This document shows positions 1 through 8,339 of a stretch of DNA of 64,000 bases, piece after piece (position 1 is the stretch's first letter; every line of letters begins with the position of its first letter). The DNA is taken from positions 254,620-318,619 of the forward strand of contig CAWJDT010000005.1 in the NCBI GenBank assembly GCA_963841735.1, written 5' to 3'. A model generated the notes under the pieces. It had not been told where the DNA came from and made no database searches. It was given only the letters and a program-made list of their open reading frames with translations. Origin of the DNA: an uncultured Actinomycetes bacterium. GTDB lineage: Bacteria > Actinomycetota > Thermoleophilia > RBG-16-64-13. The translations under genes were made by a program, and so were the position numbers.

Positions 1-503
1 CTGTCTTCCGAGGCGTACATAGCGCGAAGCTCTTCACCAACAGAGGCTGAGAGCGAATCAAAGGCTCTTCGCAGCTTGATTTCGTCCAGCCCACCCAATG
101 CCACTCGCACTGCCTCAGCCGCCACCGGGTTGATGTCGCGACCTACTGCGGTGAGCCCGAGCTTGTGAGCTTCTCCGATTGTAGTTCCAGACCCCATGAA
201 AGGGTCAAAGGCAGTAACGCCTGCGTAGTCTTGCCTGCGATAGAACTCGCTCCGCAAGTCGCTATCGGCCGGAAGGAGGCAGCCGAGAAGGATTCCCCGG
301 AACACGGAACCGAGCCTTTTCGCCCACCACTTGTGCGTGTGGTAAATCGGTCGGTGGATCTCCTTTCGCCAGCTCTCTCGTTCGGCGATGCCCCCTAGAA
401 ACTCAAAGTCAAAAGCATCGGTCTCTATGAGCGCTGGCTGCCCACCGACTACCTGTGCTTCCCGGCTCGCCAGAAGAGGCAGCGTCTCAACACTCGTCTT
501 CAT
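1..503 (-). CDS. DUF1156-type adenine DNA methyltransferase, N-terminal part (runs off the left edge)
   Basis: Not in the ORF track. Manual translation from ATG 503 gives MKTSVETL...ERESWRKEIHRPIYHTHKWWAKRLGSVFR...AFDPFMGSGTTIGEA...GRDINPVA, containing the HKWW.+R motif and SAM-binding motif I. The start overlaps the end of the upstream gene. Confidence 0.85.
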   Translation of the reverse strand, partial: MKTSVETLPLLASREAQVVGGQPALIETDAFDFEFLGGIAERESWRKEIHRPIYHTHKWWAKRLGSVFRGILLGCLLPADSDLRSEFYRRQDYAGVTAFDPFMGSGTTIGEAHKLGLTAVGRDINPVAAEAVRVALGGLDEIKLRRAFDSLSASVGEELRAMYASED

Positions 504-1290
504 CAATATCGCTTTCGCTCAAGACCTCTGCGAAGTCACGGATTCTCACAACATCTGTGGCTGCACCTTTGGCCCGCCATGCTGTGAACCGATGCGCTGT
601 CCCGGCCGCTGGGTTTGGCACACGGCTAGGCTCGATTTCATTGGTCTCAAGATCGAAGGAGTAACCAACAATTAGCTCCGCGGTCTCGACGCGAATGAGA
701 TCGCCGACGGGCACAAGATCATCATTGACTTCAGCCTCACTTGGCAGAATCAGTGTTACCCGATGTGCCAACCCGCCGGCAATTCGGAACGGTGTCGGAG
801 CAACGTACATCTTGCGGTCTCGTATCATGATGTCGCCGTAGCTGCCGAAGCCCTTAACGCTCTTGTTCTTGTGAACATAGTCATGCTGAGCGTTCAGGAA
901 ATCGCCGTGGCAAAGGACAAAGTCGAGTACAGGGTACTGATCACCGTCGGGGTCCTTTGGGTAGCGACCAAACACGTAGTAGATATCCCGCCCGTTATGA
1001 AAGCCAGCCGGAACCTGACTATTACAGTCGAAACTCGCATCCCTACCCGGGTAAGCTAGGCCCTTGATTTCGTAGCCGACAGGAACCGTGACAAGCCGGA
1101 AGTCGGGATAGCTATTCCTGCCCCCCGCCTCGTAATTGAAGCCGGTGCTTGCCACCCGATCCTTGAACCAATTCTGGAAGTGGAACTCCTTGTCGCTGCT
1201 GCTGACGCGGCGGATGAGGACTCCCCGGCCAATGGCACTCGCGCACTCCTTGAAGATGGCTACAGCAGTTTCGTGGGGCTCGTGTTCCAT
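487..1290 (-). CDS. putative PD-(D/E)XK restriction-endonuclease-like protein
   Basis: YPDF...GYEIKG catalytic-type motif. Overlaps the methylase gene. GGAGA RBS precedes ATG 1290 (the ORF track extends to 1365). Confidence 0.6.
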   Translation of the reverse strand: MEHEPHETAVAIFKECASAIGRGVLIRRVSSSDKEFHFQNWFKDRVASTGFNYEAGGRNSYPDFRLVTVPVGYEIKGLAYPGRDASFDCNSQVPAGFHNGRDIYYVFGRYPKDPDGDQYPVLDFVLCHGDFLNAQHDYVHKNKSVKGFGSYGDIMIRDRKMYVAPTPFRIAGGLAHRVTLILPSEAEVNDDLVPVGDLIRVETAELIVGYSFDLETNEIEPSRVPNPAAGTAHRFTAWRAKGAATDVVRIRDFAEVLSESDIDEDEC

Positions 1291-1644
1291 GTGTTGTCTA
1301 TCTCCAGTTATCTTCATTGACGTCGAGAAGCGGCCTCGGCTGCCGCCCCTGCCTACACTGTACAACTAGCATCGGACAGGTACGAGGGTTTGGCTTTGCT
1401 TGTCTTGGAGCTCTTGCTGGTGGTTGAAGAGGGCGCCAATACTATACATATTTATAGCATGATGCCGCGACTTGACACAAGCCAGCGCACCGTACGCTTT
1501 TCGCCATTAACGAAATGAACAGCTGGCATCAGAGCGCCACTCACAAATCATCCTCCCTCTCGAAACTCCGGTCTTTTCTGGGGGGGTGCTAGTCTTCTTG
1601 AGACAGTGGACGACTAATTTGCGGAACCTCTCGGGGGGAAACGC

Positions 1645-2733
1645 TTGGCAGACATCACTCAGGATCTGGAGAGCTTGCTCGGTACGGCCTATGAGCTTTT
1701 CCGGAACTCTGACTGCGCTCGCGAGTGCGAAATCCTTGCGGACGCTCGCGCGGAGATTGAGCAGACCGGGTATGACAATTGGAACGGTGGAACGGATATC
1801 TACCGGGTCGTCCTCGAGATTCCTCTTGATGTCTATGCCAAGTGGGAATCGGAGTTAAAGAGTATCGAGGTCTCCCTCAAGCAAAGGGTCGAGGCGCTTT
1901 TTCGCAAGTATCCCGACGTGTGGCTGGGTGAAGTTGTCATCCTTCCGCAGCTCGCAACTCCTCTCAGGAGGCGAGACCTGCCTTCGTACACTATGTCCAA
2001 TAAGGATCTCGTTGCTGATCTAGAAGCTCAGAAGAACTTGATGATCGCCGTGTCAACTGATGGTCCCAGAATTCAGAAAGTGGACCATGAATATTCGGCG
2101 CGGCAGAAACGCATAGGGGTCGGACTCACTGAGCGTGGCCTGGAGGACCCGAACCCATACGCCGATCTCTGGGCCTGGTACGGGAAATGGAGCAGTGGCG
2201 ACCTACCTTCCTACCAGTCGCGTCGTGTCTACATCGGCGGGCTTCTGAATCCCCTGATACTTCAGCTCAGGAATGAGGCAAGTTCTAGCGACCTCCTCGC
2301 GTCGGTAAGGCCGACCGGATGGCCGCGTGTGGACAGGAACATAGGAGAAGTGCGGTCTACGCTGGGTCGGGCTCGAACCGAGGAACAGTATCAGGCCGTG
2401 GGCCTCCTTTGTCGTGAGACGATGATTTCGCTTGCGCAGGCCGTATACGATGCGCAGAACCATCCGAGCCCTGACGGCGTAGAGGTCAGTGATACCGACG
2501 CCAAGCGCATGTTGGACGCGTTCCTCGCGGCTGAGCTAGGTGGTCAGGAAAACGAAGATGTCCGCCGATATGCAAAGGCCGCTCTTAGCCTCGCTAACGC
2601 GCTTACACACAAGCGAACGGCCGGATTCAGGGACGCGGCTCTATGCGCAGAGGCCACAACTGCCGTCGTCAACATTGTCGCCATTGTGTCTGGCCAGAGA
2701 GACCCGGAACAACTAGGTCCTCGAATAGTGTGA
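1645..2733 (+). CDS. putative abortive-infection-like defence protein (AbiJ-type N-terminus, HEPN-like helical C-terminus)
   Basis: 362-aa ORF with YDNWNGG in the N-terminal domain and AVGLLCRETM...LANALTHKR in a helical C-terminal domain. Lies beside RM genes. Family assigned by motif resemblance only. Confidence 0.5.
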   Translation: MADITQDLESLLGTAYELFRNSDCARECEILADARAEIEQTGYDNWNGGTDIYRVVLEIPLDVYAKWESELKSIEVSLKQRVEALFRKYPDVWLGEVVILPQLATPLRRRDLPSYTMSNKDLVADLEAQKNLMIAVSTDGPRIQKVDHEYSARQKRIGVGLTERGLEDPNPYADLWAWYGKWSSGDLPSYQSRRVYIGGLLNPLILQLRNEASSSDLLASVRPTGWPRVDRNIGEVRSTLGRARTEEQYQAVGLLCRETMISLAQAVYDAQNHPSPDGVEVSDTDAKRMLDAFLAAELGGQENEDVRRYAKAALSLANALTHKRTAGFRDAALCAEATTAVVNIVAIVSGQRDPEQLGPRIV

Positions 2734-2776
2734 GCTAATGCCATATGGGCACGCGACCGCTGTCGACATCAGGCGA

Positions 2777-3979
2777 TCAGCGGGAAACACGGAAACCGAC
2801 GCTCGCGGACGTGTTGCCAGGCGCGAAGTTCAAAGCCAGGTACAGAACCCCAACGCCGCTGCCATCGTACCAATAGCCACCACGAAGGAAGCCACGCGCC
2901 GCGGTTTCGCCAGCATAACTATATAGTCCGCCGACGCCGTTGCCGGTGTTCCAACTACTTGCGCCCGTAATGCCCGTAGAAGCAGGGGTGGCAGGGACAG
3001 TCAGGCTGCCAGGTGCGGTTACAGCTGTCCATTCTTTCCAAGCATACGTACCTTCGCCGGTTATGCCAGGTTGGCCGGTGGTTACTGTGCCACTTGTCCA
3101 TTCCCAGACGTTGCCCGCCATGTCCCAGATGACTTCACCGTTGGTGAGGGTTAGGGTGCGTTTTTGGTCCGAATTGGACACGTTGCCAGTGTCGCTGTAG
3201 CCATCACCAGTATTTGAAACAGCTAGGGCGTTGGCAGGTACGTTGTCGTTATGCCCTCGGTAGATGAAACCAGAACCAACCGTGCCGGTGCTCCAGTTGA
3301 ATGCGACCGACAGAACGTTCTGAGCAATGGTCATCCATTCGGCTTCGGTGATCAGGTGGCAGCCGGTGCAGCCTGCTACGTTGGCGCTATTAGTGATGGC
3401 CGTAGTCTGGGAGATGCTGACCCAAGGTGAACCAGTCGGCTGACTGACCGGGACATTGCTGCCAGCGTCTTTGGCTTCATACTTCATAACACAAAAGTCA
3501 TTGGTGCCATAAGTACCGCTGCCGGGGACCGGTATGAAACCGCTCGGGCAGGCACTGCCGGTTGATGAACCATTGGCGGTCGTGGCGATGGCCGGAGAAG
3601 AGCCGTTAGTGACGGCGTAGGCGGTCGCGTTCTTGGTGGCCGTCAAATGGAAGGTTGAAGGAGCGACGCTGCTATAGGCCAGCGTAGTGCCGGTGCTTGC
3701 TTTCAGGCAGTACTTGCTATCCACCGTCGGAGCAGTCGGACAGTTGCTGCCATCAAGGGCGGTTGGATAAGAGCCGTATTCCACGCCGTACATCTTGAGC
3801 AGCCTGGAAGCATTGTCCAGATCGGATTGGACCGAGGCGACGGTGGCTCGGCTAGTGATGCCGGAGTAGCTAACAACCGTAATCGCGGCTAGGATGCCAA
3901 TGACGACGATTACAACCAAGAGCTCGACTATGGTAAAAGCCGGACGTCGATCCTTGGTCGGGCGCTTGTTGCTACGCAT
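2777..3979 (-). CDS. type IV prepilin-like protein fused to an FGE-sulfatase/C-type lectin domain (DGR-target-like)
   Basis: Prepilin motif AFTIVELLVVIVVIGILAAI. CP.GFI.VPG, FCVMKYEA, HLITEAEW, DMAGNVWEW and terminal RGGYW...VGFR motifs of the FGE/CLec fold. Confidence 0.9.
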   Translation of the reverse strand: MRSNKRPTKDRRPAFTIVELLVVIVVIGILAAITVVSYSGITSRATVASVQSDLDNASRLLKMYGVEYGSYPTALDGSNCPTAPTVDSKYCLKASTGTTLAYSSVAPSTFHLTATKNATAYAVTNGSSPAIATTANGSSTGSACPSGFIPVPGSGTYGTNDFCVMKYEAKDAGSNVPVSQPTGSPWVSISQTTAITNSANVAGCTGCHLITEAEWMTIAQNVLSVAFNWSTGTVGSGFIYRGHNDNVPANALAVSNTGDGYSDTGNVSNSDQKRTLTLTNGEVIWDMAGNVWEWTSGTVTTGQPGITGEGTYAWKEWTAVTAPGSLTVPATPASTGITGASSWNTGNGVGGLYSYAGETAARGFLRGGYWYDGSGVGVLYLALNFAPGNTSASVGFRVSR

Positions 3980-4023
3980 GTATGCATATAGTTTATGCTT
4001 GACTTGAGATTAGCGCAACATGT

Positions 4024-4173
4024 TTATCCACAATCATGCGCAACGTCACTTGCCGGTCTGTCCGATTCCCGAGCAAGACGCACGGCTCGTTCACGGAACT
4101 CGGTCGGATAGCGAACGCCCATCCCGGAGCGACAGCTGGCATTCAAGGTGTCCCAGCCGAACTGTTGCCTGCA
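4024..4173 (-). mobile_element. IS3-family remnant (probable left end plus truncated OrfA)
   Basis: ATG 4122 gives MGVRYPTEFRERAVRLARESDRPASDVAHDCG*, a typical IS3 OrfA HTH start. The upstream sequence TG...GGGACACC (4173..4147) resembles an IS3 terminal repeat. Confidence 0.7.
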
Positions 4174-4843
4174 GCCTAATCCTTTCGCCTCCCTCCAGAA
4201 CTGCCGTGTATGATCCGGGCTTCTCGCCGCGCCACTGCAAGTCGAGTTCGACCGGAAGGTCCTCAAGTGCAGCGGCATCTGCGAGTTGTGATCGGTAGCG
4301 GCCCCCACGCGCGGAGCGTTCAATCATCGGTAGATCCATTTGGATGTCTTGCCCGTTGAGAAGAAGGCGAGGTGCTCCCATTGCGATGTTCGGTGGCACA
4401 CGCAGCTCAAGTTGAAGTTGTACAACCGACCCAACCGACGACAGTATCAAGATTGCACGAGGCTGCAGCCAGGGAGCCGCGCCCACCAGCAGGATGGCCA
4501 GCTTCTCAATCCCTGTATCACTCCACCTCCGCACCGTGCGCTGATCGACATTGTGGAGGCTGCCGAACTCACTAAGGCGCTCAAGCACGTTTTCGCCGCT
4601 ACTATCCCAGCCGATGCTCACCATCGCTGCAGCGATGTCGCGGTCCTCACCGTATTCATCCGCAAGAGAAATCAACCGCTCAAGTGCAACGTCTGCGTCT
4701 CCGTCGCCAAGACCTCTCACGAGCACCTGCGCACGATGAAGACTTGAGGCTGACAACGTCTGCCGGAGCTTGCGCAGCGCCCGTAGTTCTGCGATCAGCA
4801 AGCCTGCAGCCCGACGCCTTCCTGGCATGCCGTCGTCGCCCAT
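4091..4843 (-). CDS. hypothetical protein, possible HTH regulator of the element
   Basis: 250-aa ORF with an HTH-like segment VDQRTVRRW, divergent from the transfer operon. Its 3' end runs into the IS remnant. Confidence 0.5.
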   Translation of the reverse strand: MGDDGMPGRRRAAGLLIAELRALRKLRQTLSASSLHRAQVLVRGLGDGDADVALERLISLADEYGEDRDIAAAMVSIGWDSSGENVLERLSEFGSLHNVDQRTVRRWSDTGIEKLAILLVGAAPWLQPRAILILSSVGSVVQLQLELRVPPNIAMGAPRLLLNGQDIQMDLPMIERSARGGRYRSQLADAAALEDLPVELDLQWRGEKPGSYTAVLEGGERIRLQATVRLGHLECQLSLRDGRSLSDRVP

Positions 4844-4997
4844 CTTGTCACCGCCCTATCACGATCGATTCCTGGCGCTCGCGCTACCACTCACGCCATG
4901 TCACTTCCATGTCATTACAACCCGCCTGGGCCGGGGGTCTAATGGGCCCAGGTGGCCAGAAAAGCCGCTCAGGCAAAACCAAGAGAAAGGATACAAA

Positions 4998-5306
4998 ATG
5001 ATGAGTGGTAAAGGGTTAGCTTTGTCCGGTAGCGATGGTTTCTCGCACCAATCTCTCGACCGGGTCACCCGACCGGTCCAGCGTGAAACTTCGATTGAGC
5101 TGGCACGGACTGCAGGCCAGGGTCAAGTGTTGAAGGCGCGCGAAGATATCCGGGCGGCCATTACCAGCGCGGCCCTGCAGAACGTTGGAGCGCTCAGCGC
5201 ACTCGAACAACACCTGATCGAGGTTGCGCCGATGGGAGCTGAGCGCTATCGGCACATTGTCGACGCCTACACCATGGGCGCCGCCCAGACGATCGCGCGG
5301 TGGTAG
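4998..5306 (+). CDS. small hypothetical protein of the mobile element
   Basis: AGAAAGGA RBS before ATG 4998. First gene of a tightly overlapping run of small ORFs. Confidence 0.7.
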   Translation: MMSGKGLALSGSDGFSHQSLDRVTRPVQRETSIELARTAGQGQVLKAREDIRAAITSAALQNVGALSALEQHLIEVAPMGAERYRHIVDAYTMGAAQTIARW

Positions 5307-5605
5307 TGATGCTTGCGTTTGGCATTACTCTCATCGTTCTTCTCGGCGCGGCCGTGATTGGCGTTGTCTCCCAGCAGTTGATCAAACACTGGCAGGCGGA
5401 GCGACGCCGCCAAGAGATTGGACGAATACAGCGCGAAGTGGCCGAAGCCAAGCGACAGCTGCAAATGCTGGCCACGGCGCACCAGACCTGGCTCAACGAT
5501 CAGGCTCATGAGGTTCGTAAGGCCCTCATCATGGAGTCATTCAGGTACTCGCACGGCGCTGTCCAGCGGGCGAGCAAGAACGAGTCATCGCACTCTGGAT
5601 ACTGA
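5300..5605 (+). CDS. single-TM coiled-coil membrane protein
   Basis: Hydrophobic N-terminus followed by a charged helical region. Overlaps both neighbours. Confidence 0.65.
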   Translation: MVVMLAFGITLIVLLGAAVIGVVSQQLIKHWQAERRRQEIGRIQREVAEAKRQLQMLATAHQTWLNDQAHEVRKALIMESFRYSHGAVQRASKNESSHSGY

Positions 5606-5775
5606 TGGACAACCCGGGCAGAAAGATCAGCGCTGCGCTAGCGATTCTGCTGGCAATAGCAGTCGCAACTCGGCTGGCTTGGGCGCTGCTCAAGCCAGCC
5701 GTGCCCTTCCTCATCATCGTGTTCGTGATCCTAGTCGCGCTATCGGTCTTCTGGCGCAGGCGCGGAGGCTGGTAG
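5605..5775 (+). CDS. 56-aa two-TM membrane protein
   Basis: Below the ORF-track cutoff: MDNPGRKISAALAILLAIAVATRLAWALLKPAVPFLIIVFVILVALSVFWRRRGGW*. TGATG stop/start overlap. Confidence 0.7.
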   Translation: MDNPGRKISAALAILLAIAVATRLAWALLKPAVPFLIIVFVILVALSVFWRRRGGW

Positions 5776-5901
5776 TACCAGGGGCCGAGCCTCGCCGGTC
5801 GCTGTTGTGAAATGTACATTTTCTATTGACTGATGCATTCGTGCATCGTTTACTAGACCTTATCTCTGCCGCACGCTCGGCAGGTCAGGGAGGAAGGAAG
5901 T

Positions 5902-6108
5902 ATGAGTCGCACCCCAGAGCATCGCATCTTCATTCGATCAATCAGGAAGGACCCGCCTGATTACGTCAAACTTGGTCAGGCGCTTCTGCGGCTGGCGACC
6001 ATGAAAGCAGCGGCAGAGGCCGAAGCTCCGACCAATAATGAGGCGGCCGACATACCGCCGCCTGTCAGGGTCGAGCCCGAAAGATCTGGGCAGGAGTCCG
6101 AATCATGA
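5902..6108 (+). CDS. small hypothetical protein
   Basis: GGAGGAAGG RBS. ATGA overlap with the coupling protein gene. Confidence 0.65.
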   Translation: MSRTPEHRIFIRSIRKDPPDYVKLGQALLRLATMKAAAEAEAPTNNEAADIPPPVRVEPERSGQESES

Positions 6109-8339
6109 GCGGAATTGTGAATGATCCAACTCTTGCCCTCGTCAGCCTCCTTGGTGCAGGAGCGGCGGCCGGTGGGATCGCGCTTCTGTCTGGGGAGCCT
6201 GAGGAACCTACCGTCTGGTTTCGCCTCAGCTGGCCACGTGAGGTGGACAACAAGGCCGTCGTCGGATTCCTGCGCACCATCGCCAGTGACCGTCAGCGCC
6301 ATGTCGTGGCTCTGGAGGCTATCGGCAGCGGCGGCCAACTGTCTTATCGGATCGGCTTGGCCGAAAAGCGCGCCCAATTCGTCATTGCCCAACTGAAGTC
6401 CTACATCCCCGGCGTATCAGCCGAACTCATCGAGCATGAACAGACCCGCTGCCCGCTCTCCGCCTGGCAAGTCCGCATGAGTTCCCATCAGCGAGCCCTG
6501 CGTACCAGTCAGCCCGAGTCGATCGCCCGGGCCATTATCACCGCTCTGTCCACTATGAGGAGCCAGGAGACTGCCACCGTGCAATGGCTGCTCGGACCGC
6601 GCCTGGAAGCTGCCACCACATCGGAGGGTCTGCTGCGCACCACCTCCTGGAAGCAAACCCTCAAGGGCACCTTTGTGGAAAGCACCAAGCTCGACCCCGA
6701 CACCCGCAAGGCCATTAAGGAAAAGAGCGAGGAGGCCGGATTCCGGGCGGTCTGCCGCATCGGTGTCCTCGCATCCAGCGATCAGGCCGCGGATATCATC
6801 GCGAGCAGGCTGGTGGGCGCGCTTCGCACGGCGGAGGCCCCCGGCGTGCGCATAACACTTAGAAGAGAGAACCCGGAACGCATCGCCCTGGCCAGGCCAC
6901 CGAGAAGCTGGCCGCTCGCCGTCAATGTCGAGGAGTTGGCCTCGCTCCTCGGTTGGCCTCTCGGTGAGATGAGTTATCCCGGCATCAATCGGGAGGGCGC
7001 ACGCCTTCTGCCGCCTAGTCCCATGGTTGCCCGGCACGGCCGCGTTCTTGCCGCCGCCAGCTACCCCGGAAGTGCGCAGAGGTTGGCTCTTAGCACTACC
7101 GACTCGCTACAGCACCTTCACTTGTTAGGACCGACCGGTGTCGGCAAGTCCACCCTCATGCTCAACCTCATTGTCCAGGACATGGCGGCCGGGCGCGGCG
7201 TGGTAGTCATCGACCCCAAGGGCGATCTCATCCAAGACGTGCTGGAGCGGGTGCCTATGGATCGCCAAAAAGATGTCGTCGTGCTCGATCCGGCGGACGA
7301 ACGCCGCCCGGTAGGCTTGAACGTCTTGCAGGGCGGCGGACGCTCACGGGAGCTGATCGCCGATCAGGTGCTGGCGGTCTTTCATGATCTCTACCGAGAG
7401 AACTGGGGACCACGTACCCAGGACATCCTGCACGCCTCGCTGCTGACGCTGGCAGGCAAACCGGGTATAACACTCTGCGCGCTGCCGATCCTGCTATCGA
7501 ATCGGGCCTTTCGCAAGTCAGTGACTCGCGACATCACCGACGGCATCGCCCTCAAGCCGTTCTGGAACTGGTTCGAGACCTTGAGCGAAGGCGAACGTCA
7601 ACAGGCAATCGCACCGGTCATGAACAAGCTGCGGGCCTTCTTGCTGCGGCCTAGCATGCGCGCGGTTATCGGCCAGGCTGAGCCGCGCTTCGATATTGAG
7701 ACCGTCTTTAGTAGCGGGGCCATCCTGCTGGTATCGCTCGCTAAGGGACTGCTGGGTCCGGAAGCCGCTGCGCTCCTGGGATCGCTCACTATCTCCCATC
7801 TATGGCAAGCGGCCCTAGGACGCGCCCGGGTCCCAGCGAATTCGCGCTCTCCGGTCTTCATCCATATCGATGAGTTCCAGGACTACATCCACCTGCCGAC
7901 CGACCTGGCCGAGGTGTTGGCTCAGGCTCGGGGACTGGGCGTCGGGCTGACCCTCGCACATCAGCACCTGGCCCAGCTGCCACCCGCCCTCAGGTTCGCC
8001 GTGCTGGCCAACGCTCGCTCGCGGGTCTGCTTCCAACTTGGGCATGAAGACGCCAAGCTGGTTGCGGCTGGACTGTCTGAAATCGGCCCGCTCGACCTTC
8101 AGAGTCTAGGCCGCTATGAAGCCTACCTGTCTCTGGTGGCCGAAGGCAACGTCACACCGTACGCCTCCGGGCGCACTATCGCCCCGCCTGAGCCCAGCAG
8201 CAATGCGCAGGCCATCCGCCGGATGAGCCGCGAGCGTTTCGGTCGAGACCTAGCCGACATCGAGCGCGACATCGCCGCCCAACTCGGTGAAAACGCCGCC
8301 CCCGAAGAGTCACCGATTGGCCGCAGGAGGTCATCATGA
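6105..8339 (+). CDS. VirD4/TraD-like type IV coupling protein (conjugative DNA transfer ATPase)
   Basis: Walker A GPTGVGKS, VIDPKGD, Walker B IHIDEFQ, ARGLGVGLTLAHQ and an N-terminal TM segment. Confidence 0.9.
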   Translation: MSGIVNDPTLALVSLLGAGAAAGGIALLSGEPEEPTVWFRLSWPREVDNKAVVGFLRTIASDRQRHVVALEAIGSGGQLSYRIGLAEKRAQFVIAQLKSYIPGVSAELIEHEQTRCPLSAWQVRMSSHQRALRTSQPESIARAIITALSTMRSQETATVQWLLGPRLEAATTSEGLLRTTSWKQTLKGTFVESTKLDPDTRKAIKEKSEEAGFRAVCRIGVLASSDQAADIIASRLVGALRTAEAPGVRITLRRENPERIALARPPRSWPLAVNVEELASLLGWPLGEMSYPGINREGARLLPPSPMVARHGRVLAAASYPGSAQRLALSTTDSLQHLHLLGPTGVGKSTLMLNLIVQDMAAGRGVVVIDPKGDLIQDVLERVPMDRQKDVVVLDPADERRPVGLNVLQGGGRSRELIADQVLAVFHDLYRENWGPRTQDILHASLLTLAGKPGITLCALPILLSNRAFRKSVTRDITDGIALKPFWNWFETLSEGERQQAIAPVMNKLRAFLLRPSMRAVIGQAEPRFDIETVFSSGAILLVSLAKGLLGPEAAALLGSLTISHLWQAALGRARVPANSRSPVFIHIDEFQDYIHLPTDLAEVLAQARGLGVGLTLAHQHLAQLPPALRFAVLANARSRVCFQLGHEDAKLVAAGLSEIGPLDLQSLGRYEAYLSLVAEGNVTPYASGRTIAPPEPSSNAQAIRRMSRERFGRDLADIERDIAAQLGENAAPEESPIGRRRSS

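Noticed and set aside
4024-4032. Perfect DnaA box TTATCCACA as an origin
   Set aside because: Single copy at an IS/cargo junction, with no box cluster or dnaA context.
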